DNA of 64,000 bases from a bacterium (GTDB lineage Bacteria > SAR324 > NAC60-12). This document shows, piece after piece, positions 1 through 9,933 of this stretch. The stretch covers positions 320,001 through 384,000 of the forward strand of contig OZ242383.1 in the NCBI GenBank assembly GCA_965209155.1, written 5' to 3'. The translations under genes were made by a program, and so were the position numbers. The notes beneath the pieces were generated by a model. The model was given only the letters and a program-made list of their open reading frames with translations. It was not told where the DNA came from and made no database searches. The stretch's first letter is position 1. Each line of letters begins with the position of its first letter.

Positions 1-35
1 AATCCCCCTCTCAAGGGAATCGGGAACGTTTCTAT

Positions 36-130
36 CGAGCACGAGCACGATTACGAACACGGGCACGTTTCTGGCAGAGCCGATTATCTCTGACCACGAC
101 CAAAGGACGTGGTTTAATCAGATAAAATTA
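36..130. mobile_element. Solo/diverged right arm of the four-helix-bundle cassette family
   Basis: CGAGCACGAGCACG..ACG.ACACGG..ACGTTTC..GGCAGAGCCGATTA..ACCACG/CGTGGT hairpin..TTTAATCAGATA parallels 12665-12769 and 25661-25765; no four-helix gene directly upstream. Confidence 0.6.
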
Positions 131-216
131 AAAATTATGAGGTTGAAATGGTTAAATTTATTAAAAATTATGAGGTTGAAATGGTTAAATTTATTAAAAA
201 TTATGAGGTTGAAATG
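127..216 (+). repeat. 33-bp tandem repeat (about 2.7 copies) containing RBS + ATG
   Basis: ATTAAAAATTATGAGGTTGAAATGGTTAAATTT at 127-159 and 160-192, partial copy at 193-216; gives in-frame ATGs at 148, 181 and 214. Confidence 0.95.
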
Positions 217-1470
217 AAAAAAGTAAAATTGTTATTGATGACGCCATTGCTGATGTTATTCTTTTTCAGCACACCAGTCTTTGCCCAGACTATCAATATT
301 TTAACAGATGGTAGTATGGAACTCGAATGGTATGATGCGCTCAGCAAAGCTGCGGGTGTTTCCTCAACGAACACCCTGAATGACAATACTGCCCATCAAG
401 CGACGGTTCGCCAGCTTTTAAGGACGCCGAAGGCGCCGGCTCTGTTTAAATGGTGGAACTACTACAAGATGACGGATTTGATCGAAGCGGATTTGCTGGA
501 AGATATCACGGATCTTTACGACGCCCGTGTCAAAAGCGGCGATATGCCGGCAGGTCTGAAAAGCACTTTGGGGAATGTTCCCTTCGATGGAAGAGTCTTC
601 GCCTTACCGGTGAGTATCAACACCTTTGTTGTATTTTATAATGTGAAGGTCTTTAAAAAATATGGTCTCGAAGCGCCTGAAACCTGGGAAGATCTCTGGC
701 ATGTTGCGGCGACGTTGAAAGCCAATGGGGTGGCACCCTTCGGTTTCCCATTAATCGAACAAAAGCTCTGGGCGGGGGGGCTTGTGTGGACGGAACTCCT
801 TATCCGAGATGACCCTGAAACCTACGACAAATTGACGATCGGTGAGGCCAGTTTCGACCACCCCTCCGTTGTTCGTGCGACTGAATTGTGGGCAAAAATG
901 AATAAATGGGGATATTTCTACGATCATTCAATCGGTTGGGCTGCTAATATGAAAGCATTTGGTGAGGGGAAATTCGGGATGTTTTATGTGGGTGACTGGA
1001 ATGATGGTAATATTCTCGCTGCAGGAATTAAGCCCCATGAGGAATATGATATGTTCGTCTGGCCCGGAAAGACGGAAGCGGGAGCCAAGGCTTTGATCCT
1101 GGAGATCGGTCCTATGGTGTTAGGAAAGAATGCGCCAGCCGATAAAAAGGCACAGGCCAGGAAATGGGTTGATTATTTCATGTCCACAGAAGGAGGGAAT
1201 TTATTTGCTGATGTGAGGCAAATTCCCTTTCCCCACAGAAAGGTGTCTGGAGATAAGCTCAATTCAGTGATACGAGGAGTCCAGAACGATGTTAAAGAGG
1301 GAAAGTTTGAGTTCTATCGGCGATACTTTGAAGGCACCCCGACTGAATTAGCGGACCACATCGGCGGGGAACTCATGGTCAAGATTGCCTTGAATCCCGA
1401 TGATTGGCGGGAGATTCTCCAAGAAGCGAAAACATTTGCCGATAACTACTGGAAACAACACGGCAAATAA
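214..1470 (+). CDS. Carbohydrate-type ABC transporter substrate-binding protein
   Basis: Signal peptide MKKVKLLL..VFA; family-1 SBP motifs (DGRVFALP, FYNVKVFKKYGLEAPETWEDL); followed by two permeases. Start placed at the third ATG; the ORF track starts at 148. Confidence 0.88.
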   Translation: MKKVKLLLMTPLLMLFFFSTPVFAQTINILTDGSMELEWYDALSKAAGVSSTNTLNDNTAHQATVRQLLRTPKAPALFKWWNYYKMTDLIEADLLEDITDLYDARVKSGDMPAGLKSTLGNVPFDGRVFALPVSINTFVVFYNVKVFKKYGLEAPETWEDLWHVAATLKANGVAPFGFPLIEQKLWAGGLVWTELLIRDDPETYDKLTIGEASFDHPSVVRATELWAKMNKWGYFYDHSIGWAANMKAFGEGKFGMFYVGDWNDGNILAAGIKPHEEYDMFVWPGKTEAGAKALILEIGPMVLGKNAPADKKAQARKWVDYFMSTEGGNLFADVRQIPFPHRKVSGDKLNSVIRGVQNDVKEGKFEFYRRYFEGTPTELADHIGGELMVKIALNPDDWREILQEAKTFADNYWKQHGK

Positions 1471-1471
1471 G

Positions 1472-1565
1472 AATGACAGAGGCAAATCCGCAGTGCCGTT
1501 CGGCAAAAAGAGATCCTTCGCTTTGCTCAGGATGACAAATCATACACTTTTAAAGGCAATTTGGT
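1472..1565. repeat. REP/MITE-like intergenic palindromic element
   Basis: GAATGACA..GAGATCCTTCGCTTTGCTCAGGATGACA..AAAGGCAATTTGGTA; (G/A)ATGAC-type ends shared with other intergenic elements in the window. Confidence 0.5.
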
Positions 1566-1580
1566 AAAAGATACTTTGAA

Positions 1581-2534
1581 ATGAGTACGATGAGAGAGAG
1601 CACTGCGGATTTGCCAATAAAAGGAATCCATCGCTACGGCGAGAGGAGGATCCGATGGATGAGTGCGATAGGGCCTTATCTCTATATTCTCCCGGCGCTG
1701 CTCCTCGTTTCTATTATGCTCCTTTTGCCCGTCTTCTTTACGCTTGGCATCAGCTTTACCAAGTGGGATCTCCTCTCAGATCCCCAATGGGTCGGTTTCG
1801 CCCAATATCAGAAGGTGTTTCAGAGTTCAAAATTTCTGACCTCCTTAGGCAATACGCTGCTCTGGACGATGGGAACCATGCTCGTTCCGGTGCTTCTGGG
1901 TTTGTTGCTGGCCGTTGCCTTAGACAGAGTTGCCGGGGAGAGAATCTATAAGTTTATGATCTATCTCCCGCGCGTCCTCGCCCCGACGGTGTTAGGGGTC
2001 ATCTGGAGCTTTATATACGCATCTGATGGCCTCTTGAATGAAGCTTTAAGATTGATCGGATTGGAGGATCTGGCACGATCCTGGCTGCTTAGGCCACCCG
2101 TTAACACATTTGCCATGATTGGTACCTTTACCTGGGGGATCACCGGTATTAACATGATCCTCTTCCTGGTCGGTCTGCAGACCATTTCCAAGGAGATTGT
2201 CGAGGCGGCCAAGATCGAGGGTGCTTCGGAGTGGAAAATATTCACGCATATCAAGCTGCCGCTCCTGGGGCCGATTACCACCATCGTCGTCACGATGTCC
2301 GTCATCGGGAGTTTTACAACCTTCGACCTGGTATGGGTGATGACCAAGGGAGGGCCTTACGGCTCTTCGGAGACCTTGGCGGTCACCATGTTTAACGAGT
2401 CATTTAACCTTTTTCATGTGGGCACGGGCGCGGCCATCGCCATCGTGTTGTCCCTATGCACCCTGGGCTTCTCCATCCTTTACCTGCGCACAGTCTTCAA
2501 GCGAGAGCGAGCGCAAAGAGGAGGGCTCCCATGA
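1581..2534 (+). CDS. Carbohydrate ABC transporter permease (MalF/UgpA-like)
   Basis: Multiple TM segments; EAA loop EAAKIEGAS; VMTKGGPYGSSETL motif. Confidence 0.92.
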   Translation: MSTMRESTADLPIKGIHRYGERRIRWMSAIGPYLYILPALLLVSIMLLLPVFFTLGISFTKWDLLSDPQWVGFAQYQKVFQSSKFLTSLGNTLLWTMGTMLVPVLLGLLLAVALDRVAGERIYKFMIYLPRVLAPTVLGVIWSFIYASDGLLNEALRLIGLEDLARSWLLRPPVNTFAMIGTFTWGITGINMILFLVGLQTISKEIVEAAKIEGASEWKIFTHIKLPLLGPITTIVVTMSVIGSFTTFDLVWVMTKGGPYGSSETLAVTMFNESFNLFHVGTGAAIAIVLSLCTLGFSILYLRTVFKRERAQRGGLP

Positions 2535-3373
2535 AACTCAGGATCAAATCCAAACATTTATTTGCTGTTTTCTTTTCCTTCTTGTCCCTGCTTTGGGTGA
2601 TTCCGATCGTGATGGTTTTCTTAATCTCCATGAAGGACAACCGGGAATACATGGTGACGAAGCTGTGGGAAGTGCCAGAGAGCATCTGGCCGCTCTTCAG
2701 CAATTTGGCAGTTGCCATGGAGAAGCTGCACCTGGCCCCGGCTTTGTTAAACAGCTTTATCTATGCTGCGGGCGGTTCGGCCATGGGCGTTTTTTTGGCA
2801 TCGCTGGCGGCCTACAGTTTGGTTAAGTTAAAGGTAAAGATGAGGTTTTTTTTGTTTATGGTTATCTTTAGCGGGACGGTCTTTCCCTTTCAGATCTACC
2901 TGATTCCTTTATTCAAGGGTTATCTTGTGACCGATCTCTATGACTCAAGATTTGGCATGCTACTGATCTACACCACCCTGATGATTCCGTTCTGTCTTTT
3001 AGTTTTTCACAGATATTTCTCCACCATCCCGGATGAATACCTCGAAGCGGCTAAGATCGACGGCGCCTCCTCATTCCGGGTCTATGCGGCGATTGTCCTG
3101 CCAATGTCCAAAGCTCCCTTGATTATCCTCTTCCTCACCCAGTTCACCTGGATTTGGAACGACCTCTTGTTCGCCCAGTTGCTCACCATTTCCGTTGAGA
3201 TACGTCCGGTCATGCCCACGTTGGCGTCACTCAACACTCATACCATGGCTAATTTTGGGATGCCCACTATCATGACCGCCGTCCTGATTGGCTCACTGCC
3301 CATGTTGATCCTGTTTGTCCTCCTGCAGCGTTATTTTATGAAGGGGCTGGTGCTGACCACGGCAGGCGAATAA
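2531..3373 (+). CDS. Carbohydrate ABC transporter permease (MalG/UgpE-like)
   Basis: EAAKIDGAS, WNDLLF and LQRYFMKGL motifs; ATGA overlap with the upstream permease stop. Confidence 0.92.
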   Translation: MKLRIKSKHLFAVFFSFLSLLWVIPIVMVFLISMKDNREYMVTKLWEVPESIWPLFSNLAVAMEKLHLAPALLNSFIYAAGGSAMGVFLASLAAYSLVKLKVKMRFFLFMVIFSGTVFPFQIYLIPLFKGYLVTDLYDSRFGMLLIYTTLMIPFCLLVFHRYFSTIPDEYLEAAKIDGASSFRVYAAIVLPMSKAPLIILFLTQFTWIWNDLLFAQLLTISVEIRPVMPTLASLNTHTMANFGMPTIMTAVLIGSLPMLILFVLLQRYFMKGLVLTTAGE

Positions 3374-3407
3374 AGAACTCTCATAATTCTATCTAAGGAA
3401 AAACTCA

Positions 3408-4508
3408 ATGGCGAATAAACTGACTCTAAAACAAAAGCGTGCCCTATACCGCGATGGCTACATCATCCTAAAAAACGCTATCCCTCATGACCTCATTGAA
3501 CCAGCTCTAGCTCAAATAGCAAGGAAAGACGAAAATCCAGGTTCAACGAAAGAAATGACCGATCTCATTAATGCCTCTTCGATCACGCCGATTCTCCAAG
3601 AAGCGATCGGCCCGTTCGATCCGCCTAGCGATTGCTTTCCTAACATTCGAGAAGTGAGTCCGCCTGACAATCATTTCAATAACCTCGGTTACCTTGATAA
3701 AGACCAACCGTACTATGGCGCCACATTACACATCGACGGCAGCATGACCATCAATATCCCTCAAGAGGTGCAAAAAGGCACTCCTGAGGAAATCTACACC
3801 CGCTACATTGCTTCCGGCCCCAAAGGAGATCTCGGGCGAAGCCCTGATGTGATTGGAGACAACTTAACTCCAATGTTCGAAGACCCCGACATGACACTCG
3901 GACTGGGCAGTTTTACGGCATTTGTCTTCGTTTGCTTGAATGATCAAACGGTGGAAGGACGTGGCCAAACAGCTCTCCTTTCCGGTGCGCATCATGCTAT
4001 CGAAAAATTTTTTCGCTGGCAACGAGACACGAACAACCACATCGGTGTTGAAGGCCCTGGTTGGCCTCGCCTGAATCATGATGTTCCGAATCGCTGTGGG
4101 CTGGTTTATACTCCTGAAGTAGTTCTCAATCAATTCATCGACGAAACTTCCGAAATGACACCCGATGGGAAACGCTGGCCAAAACCGACTCAGATTCTGA
4201 TGGAGCCGGGGGATGCGTGCATCACGGTCTATCAAATGCCTCATTCTGCAACTCGAAACGAGCACGGTACCGAATCTCGCAAGAATGTCATCTTCCGAAT
4301 TCGCCACAAAAAACGTCAACCCGACAAAGTGGTCTGTGGTAGATGGGATCACCCAGATCGTGGTCCCATGGGGGAGTGGCTCGAATATGAGGAGGGGAAC
4401 AATCCTTGGGAACGATCGAAATTTGCGATGTGCCATATGTGGCACGAATGGGATGGCATGCAAGAGGTTGTCGTCGAAGAAGAAAGAATAATAACGAAGA
4501 GTGCCTGA
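3408..4508 (+). CDS. Phytanoyl-CoA dioxygenase (PhyH)-like Fe(II)/2-oxoglutarate oxygenase
   Basis: N-terminal YRDGYIILKNAIP, HxD motif (LHIDG), EPGDA..PHSATRN distal His and Arg. Confidence 0.65.
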   Translation: MANKLTLKQKRALYRDGYIILKNAIPHDLIEPALAQIARKDENPGSTKEMTDLINASSITPILQEAIGPFDPPSDCFPNIREVSPPDNHFNNLGYLDKDQPYYGATLHIDGSMTINIPQEVQKGTPEEIYTRYIASGPKGDLGRSPDVIGDNLTPMFEDPDMTLGLGSFTAFVFVCLNDQTVEGRGQTALLSGAHHAIEKFFRWQRDTNNHIGVEGPGWPRLNHDVPNRCGLVYTPEVVLNQFIDETSEMTPDGKRWPKPTQILMEPGDACITVYQMPHSATRNEHGTESRKNVIFRIRHKKRQPDKVVCGRWDHPDRGPMGEWLEYEEGNNPWERSKFAMCHMWHEWDGMQEVVVEEERIITKSA

Positions 4509-4592
4509 CACCTCTCAATAAAGAGTCTTATTCCGCTCAATTCAAAGGCCAGTAGAACACTCATAATAGGGGACAGGCAAATTATTCTTCCG

Positions 4593-4700
4593 CGTCACGA
4601 TGTCCGTCATCGGGAGTTTTACAACCTTCGACCTGATATGGGTGATGACCAGGGGAGGGCCTTACGGCTCTTCGGAGACCTTGGCGGTCACCTTGTTTAA
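4593..4700 (+). repeat. 108-bp direct copy of an internal permease segment (2288-2395)
   Basis: CGTCACGATGTCCGTCATCGGGAG...TGTTTAA; three substitutions seen (GTA/ATA, AAG/AGG, ATG/TTG). Confidence 0.95.
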
Positions 4701-4774
4701 GACGAATCCACCATTTACCGGGCCGCCCATGGGTTTCAGGAAGGAACGGATTGGAAGAAAATGTAAGGAGTTCC

Positions 4775-7700
4775 ATGAAATTCAATCGTATTCTCATCGC
4801 CAATCGTGGGGAAATCGCCATCAGAATTGCTCGGGCTGCAACCGACTTAGGGTTACACACGGTGGCCATTTACTCTGAAGATGACGCAAGATCGTTACAT
4901 ACCCGAATAGCTGATGAAGCTCATCCCTTAGCGGGGCATGGCGTCTCCGCTTATCTCGACATCAACAGTGTGATTCAAGCAGCCAAAACCACGCAATGTG
5001 AGGCCATCCACCCGGGTTATGGATTTTTAGCGGAAAATGCGATGTTTGCCCGTCGCTGCCAGGAAGCCGGACTGACCTTTATTGGTCCGGCAGTGGAAGT
5101 GTTGGAGTTGTTTGGTGATAAAGGACGGGCACGGGCAGCGGCGGCAGCGGCGGATGTTCCCATTGTACGAGGCATCAACAAGGCCGTCTCTGTCGAGGAG
5201 GCACAGGATTTTTTTGCCTCCCTTGATCCGGGTAGCGGTATGATGATTAAAGCCCTCGCCGGAGGGGGAGGCCGGGGGGCTCGAGCGATCACCCGGGTTG
5301 ATGAGATCGAAGCCGCCTATATAAGATGCCAGTCTGAAGCGCTCAGTGCCTTTGGTAATGGTGATCTCTATGTGGAAGAGCTGATCAATCCTGCCCGCCA
5401 CATTGAAGTTCAAATTCTTGGAGATTTAAACGGAACCGTGATGAACCTGGGTGAGCGTGATTGTAGCATTCAGCGACGCTATCAAAAAATGGTGGAGATC
5501 GCCCCTGCTCCCAACCTGCCGGAAAAGCTGCGCTCAGATATGATTGATGCGGCTATGCGATTGGCCAAGAGCGTTTCCTACACCAATCTCGGTACCATTG
5601 AATTTTTAGTCAAGAGGAATCCCGGAGCAGAAGAGCAGCCCTTTGCTTTTATAGAAGCCAATGCCCGTTTACAAGTTGAACACACCGTGACGGAAGCCGT
5701 CACAGGAGTCGACCTGGTTCAGACGCAAATTTGCCTCGCCGCGGGAGAGTCTCTGCACGCCCTGGGATTAGAGACAGCGGGCATTGATAAACCTCGAGGT
5801 TATGCCATTCAAACCCGGATTAACATGGAGACCTTGACGGCTGATGGCAGCATTCGTCCGGCAGGGGGAACCCTTTCTACTTATGAGGTGCCCGGAGGGA
5901 CGGGAGTGCGGACGGATGGATTCGGCTATCGCGGATATGAAACGAATCCCTCCTTCGACTCGTTGCTGGCCAAATTAATTGTCCACACCCCCTCAACGGA
6001 TTTTGCCAAATCTCTCTCAAGAACAAGGCGGACGCTCAATGAGTTTCGCATTGAAGGAGTCGCCACCTCGATTCCCTTTTTACAAAACCTGCTGCAGCAT
6101 CCCGATGTGGCTTCCTGGCAAGTGCATACCCGATTTGTCGAAGAGCACCTGACGAGGCTCACTCAAATTGATCCAACTAGCCAACCTCGCTATTTCAACA
6201 CCACCCAACCCCCGTTGAATGAGAATTCGGATGTCCACTCCGCCGGCTTGGCAGGCGCCCGGATCGATACCCAGGATCCCCTGGCTCTTTTCTCACATGA
6301 TCAGGCTATGAAAAGAGCACAAAGCGAGTCAGCTTCAGAAGCTGATAGGGCCGCGCCCGAGCTGGCCGGGCCCGACGGGACCATCGCCCTCCCTGCCCCC
6401 ATCCAAGGAACGATCGTCAATGTGATGGTTGCTGAAGGGGATACCATCAACCGGGGCCAACCACTGGCCGTCTTGGAAGCGATGAAAATGGAACATGTCA
6501 TTTCATCCGATCACAGTGGGACCATCCGGCGTGTTTCCCTGGCGGTTGGGGATATCATCCGCGAGGGATATCCTCTCTTTTTTATTGAAACCAGTGAAGG
6601 CCAAACCGAGGTAGATGAGGTTGCCGACACCATTGACTTGGATTATATCCGCCCTGACTTGGAGGAGACCTACCAACGACATGCCTACACTTTAGACGAA
6701 AACCGTCCTGAAGCAGTGGCTAAACGTCGCAAGACAGGGCAACGGACAGCCCGGGAAAATATTATTGATCTTTGTGACCCTGACACTTTCTTCGAGTATG
6801 GAGCTTTAGCCGTCGCGGCGCAACGATCCCGACGAGATGAAGAATGGCTCCGCAAATACACTCCCGCCGATGGTTTATTAGCCGGTATCGGAACGGTCAA
6901 TGGGGAACTGTTTGAAGGAGAGGATGCGCGGTGTATGGCCATTGCCTATGATTACACCGTTTTGGCAGGGACCCAAGGCATACGAAATCATTACAAACAA
7001 GATCGCATGTTTCTACTGGCAGATCGTAATCAATTACCAATAGTCATTTTCACAGAGGGAGGAGGGGGACGGCCTGGAGATACTGATTACGTGTCCCCTT
7101 TGGGCATAGATAGTTACACCTTCGCTCAGTTCTCAAAACTCAGCGGACTCGTACCGCTGGTTGGAGTCAACTCAGGACGCTGTTTTGCCGGAAATACCGC
7201 TCTCCTGGCATGCTGTGATGTCATCATTGCCACTGCCAATTCCACCATCGCTATGGGGGGGCCTGCCATGATTGAAGGAGGAGGCCTCGGGATTTACACC
7301 CCGGAAGAAGTCGGCCCCATGTCCATCCAAGTTCCGAACGGTGTCGTTGATATCCTGGTCGAAGATGAGGAAGCCGCAGTAGCCACAGCGAAAAAGTACC
7401 TTTCCTACTTTCAAGGCCCCATCCCGGACTGGGAATCTCCGGATCAAAGGATTTTGCGGCACATTATTCCCGAGAACCGGGTCAGAATGTACAATGTGCG
7501 GGATATCATCGAGACCCTGGCCGATCACGATTCGGTGCTGGAGATCCGTAAAGATTTCGGGATTGGGATTATCACCGCGTTGATTCGAATCGAAGGCCAT
7601 CCTTTCGGATTGATTGCCAATAATCCCCACCACCTGGCCGGAGCCATCGCTAGTGACGGAGCGGATAAAGGAGCACGGTTTCTACAGCTTTGTGATGCCT

Positions 7701-8203
7701 TTGATCTTCCGGTCGTGAGTTTGATGGACTGCCCAGGCATGATGGTCGGCCCTGAGGTGGAAGCCACCGCACTGGTTCGACATTGTGCGCGGCTCTTTAA
7801 TACAGGGGCCAACCTTTCCGTTCCCCTGTTCGGATTAATCCTCCGGAAAGCCTATGGGTTAGGGGGCCAGGCGATGTGTGGAGGAAGCACCTTAGTTCCA
7901 TTCTTCACGGCAGCTTGGCCCACCGCGGAATTTGCCGGGATGAATATTGAGGGGGCGGTCAAGCTAGCCTATCGCAACGAACTGGCTGCCATCGAGGATC
8001 CGGAAGAACGACGGATCCAATACGACGCCATGGTCGCCAAGGGCTATGAAGATGCAAAAGCTTTACACGCGGCCAGCTTTTTCGGGATTGATGACGTCAT
8101 TGATCCCGCAAACTCTCGGCGTTGGATCATGGCCGGGTTGCGGAGTGTCCCTTCCCCTCCACCCCGAACCGGTAAAAAAAGACCCTATGTCGACACTTGG
8201 TAA
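4775..8203 (+). CDS. Single-chain acyl-CoA carboxylase (biotin carboxylase-BCCP-carboxyltransferase), copy 1
   Basis: RILIANRGEIA, HPGYGFLAEN, ERDCSIQRR, EAMKM biotinylation motif, CT domain EGGGGRPGD; RBS AGGAG before ATG 4775; same length as copy 2. Confidence 0.93.
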   Translation: MKFNRILIANRGEIAIRIARAATDLGLHTVAIYSEDDARSLHTRIADEAHPLAGHGVSAYLDINSVIQAAKTTQCEAIHPGYGFLAENAMFARRCQEAGLTFIGPAVEVLELFGDKGRARAAAAAADVPIVRGINKAVSVEEAQDFFASLDPGSGMMIKALAGGGGRGARAITRVDEIEAAYIRCQSEALSAFGNGDLYVEELINPARHIEVQILGDLNGTVMNLGERDCSIQRRYQKMVEIAPAPNLPEKLRSDMIDAAMRLAKSVSYTNLGTIEFLVKRNPGAEEQPFAFIEANARLQVEHTVTEAVTGVDLVQTQICLAAGESLHALGLETAGIDKPRGYAIQTRINMETLTADGSIRPAGGTLSTYEVPGGTGVRTDGFGYRGYETNPSFDSLLAKLIVHTPSTDFAKSLSRTRRTLNEFRIEGVATSIPFLQNLLQHPDVASWQVHTRFVEEHLTRLTQIDPTSQPRYFNTTQPPLNENSDVHSAGLAGARIDTQDPLALFSHDQAMKRAQSESASEADRAAPELAGPDGTIALPAPIQGTIVNVMVAEGDTINRGQPLAVLEAMKMEHVISSDHSGTIRRVSLAVGDIIREGYPLFFIETSEGQTEVDEVADTIDLDYIRPDLEETYQRHAYTLDENRPEAVAKRRKTGQRTARENIIDLCDPDTFFEYGALAVAAQRSRRDEEWLRKYTPADGLLAGIGTVNGELFEGEDARCMAIAYDYTVLAGTQGIRNHYKQDRMFLLADRNQLPIVIFTEGGGGRPGDTDYVSPLGIDSYTFAQFSKLSGLVPLVGVNSGRCFAGNTALLACCDVIIATANSTIAMGGPAMIEGGGLGIYTPEEVGPMSIQVPNGVVDILVEDEEAAVATAKKYLSYFQGPIPDWESPDQRILRHIIPENRVRMYNVRDIIETLADHDSVLEIRKDFGIGIITALIRIEGHPFGLIANNPHHLAGAIASDGADKGARFLQLCDAFDLPVVSLMDCPGMMVGPEVEATALVRHCARLFNTGANLSVPLFGLILRKAYGLGGQAMCGGSTLVPFFTAAWPTAEFAGMNIEGAVKLAYRNELAAIEDPEERRIQYDAMVAKGYEDAKALHAASFFGIDDVIDPANSRRWIMAGLRSVPSPPPRTGKKRPYVDTW

Positions 8204-8217
8204 GAACGGAGTATTTT

Positions 8218-9933
8218 ATGGATGAACAAGCCTATTTGAATCGTCTGCAGGAATTATGGCAAAAAAATTGGCCGGAGCATTTACGCATCGACCCGATCTA
8301 CCCCCTGGGAGAAATCCTCATCACCGACTATCTCCAGCAGTGGGCTGCGAAACAACCGGACAAGCCTTGCCTCATTTATTATGGCAGAACCATCACCTTT
8401 AAAGAAATGGACGATTTGAGCAATCGTTTCGCGGCTTTTTTAGCGGCCAAAGGATACCAAAAAAGGGATCGGGTGGCTGTGTTTCTTCCCAACTGTCCTC
8501 AGTTTTATATCGTCTTTTATGGGATTTTGAAGCTGGGTTGCGTGCATGTGCCCGTCAACCCGATGTTCAAAAAACATGAACTGCTTTACGAGCTGCAGGA
8601 TACGGAAGCCGAACTGATCGTGACCTTGGATCAACTGGTCCCCCTGGTGGAGGAGGTCCAAAAGGAAACCAGCGTTCGATCAATCGTGGTCACTCGCCAT
8701 GTGGATTTTTTACCGGATCGCCCCACCATCCCCCTGCATCCGACACTCAGTGCGCCTCACCTGGATTGCCCGGGCAGCATTGATCTGCTCTCCGTGTTCC
8801 AGGAACAAAGCCCGGATTATCCTGAACCCGACGTGAGTTTAGACGACCTGGCCTCGCTCAACTATACCGGGGGAACCACCGGGATGCCCAAAGGGTGCGA
8901 ACACACCCAACGCGATATGATTTATACCATGGCCACTATGACAACCTATAACCTGCATGGAGAAGACGTTGCTCACCCGGTCGGCTTACTTTATGTTCCC
9001 TGCTTTTGGATCGGCGGTCAACTGGGTCTCCTCCTTCCTATCTTTACAGGCAACCCCTTTGTTTTGTTGTCACGGTGGGATCCCCTCGCCGTTTTAACGG
9101 CCATTGACCGTTATCGAGTGACCTCCTTTGGTGGCGTGCTGGATAATTTGGTGGAACTGATGGAACATCCGGATTTGTCTCAATATGATCTTTCTTCGCT
9201 GAAATCTGTTTCTACCAGTTCCTTCATCAAAAAATTGAATCCGGAATATCGACAACAATGGAAGGATCTCACTGGCTTGACCCTCCGGGAAATCGCATAC
9301 GGAATGACGGAAACCCACACCATCGACACCTTCACCACGGGGTTGGATAAAGACGATCGGGATCTCAAAACCACACCGACTTTTTGCGGGTTGCCCATGC
9401 CCGGGACCCAACTGAAGATTCTTGATTTTGAGACCCGGGAGTTGCTCCCCCTGGGAGCAGAAGGAGAAATTGTTATCAAAACCCCCTCCCTGCTCAAATC
9501 GTATTGGAATCAACCGGAAGCGACGAAAGAGAAGCTTCAGGACGGGTGGTTTGCTACTGGAGATATCGGGATGCTGGATGAAGAGGGCTTTTTGCATTTT
9601 CTGGGACGGCGCAAAGAAATGCTCAAGATGCGAGGTATGAGTGTCTTTCCTTCTGAAATTGAAATCATTTTAGGCCACCATCCGGCCATCAATGGATCAG
9701 CGGTTGTGGGAAAACCGGATCCGGCGAAAGGAGAGGTTCCCGTGGCGTTTATCCAATTGAGACCCGAGTTTCCCGACTTGAGTGCCGACGCATTACGCAG
9801 TTGGTGTCAAGAAAACATGGCCACCTACAAAGTCCCGCAAATTCGGTTGATTGATGAATTCCCCCTCACCACCACCGGCAAAGTAAAAAAAGAAGTCTTG
9901 AAAAAAGAATTCCTGAAGGTCTCTGACCTTTGA
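8218..9933 (+). CDS. AMP-dependent acyl-CoA ligase, copy 1
   Basis: YTGGTTGMPKG, YGMTE, TGDIG and TTTGKVKK ANL motifs; RBS GGAG before ATG 8218. Confidence 0.93.
   Translation: MDEQAYLNRLQELWQKNWPEHLRIDPIYPLGEILITDYLQQWAAKQPDKPCLIYYGRTITFKEMDDLSNRFAAFLAAKGYQKRDRVAVFLPNCPQFYIVFYGILKLGCVHVPVNPMFKKHELLYELQDTEAELIVTLDQLVPLVEEVQKETSVRSIVVTRHVDFLPDRPTIPLHPTLSAPHLDCPGSIDLLSVFQEQSPDYPEPDVSLDDLASLNYTGGTTGMPKGCEHTQRDMIYTMATMTTYNLHGEDVAHPVGLLYVPCFWIGGQLGLLLPIFTGNPFVLLSRWDPLAVLTAIDRYRVTSFGGVLDNLVELMEHPDLSQYDLSSLKSVSTSSFIKKLNPEYRQQWKDLTGLTLREIAYGMTETHTIDTFTTGLDKDDRDLKTTPTFCGLPMPGTQLKILDFETRELLPLGAEGEIVIKTPSLLKSYWNQPEATKEKLQDGWFATGDIGMLDEEGFLHFLGRRKEMLKMRGMSVFPSEIEIILGHHPAINGSAVVGKPDPAKGEVPVAFIQLRPEFPDLSADALRSWCQENMATYKVPQIRLIDEFPLTTTGKVKKEVLKKEFLKVSDL

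Noticed and set aside
127..216. CRISPR array
   Set aside because: The 33-bp units are head-to-tail with no spacers, and no cas genes are present.
2288..4700. DGR template/variable repeat pair (108-bp repeat, with bAvd-like genes in the window)
   Set aside because: The three mismatches are not all at adenines of one copy, the target is a permease interior, and no reverse transcriptase was found in the window.
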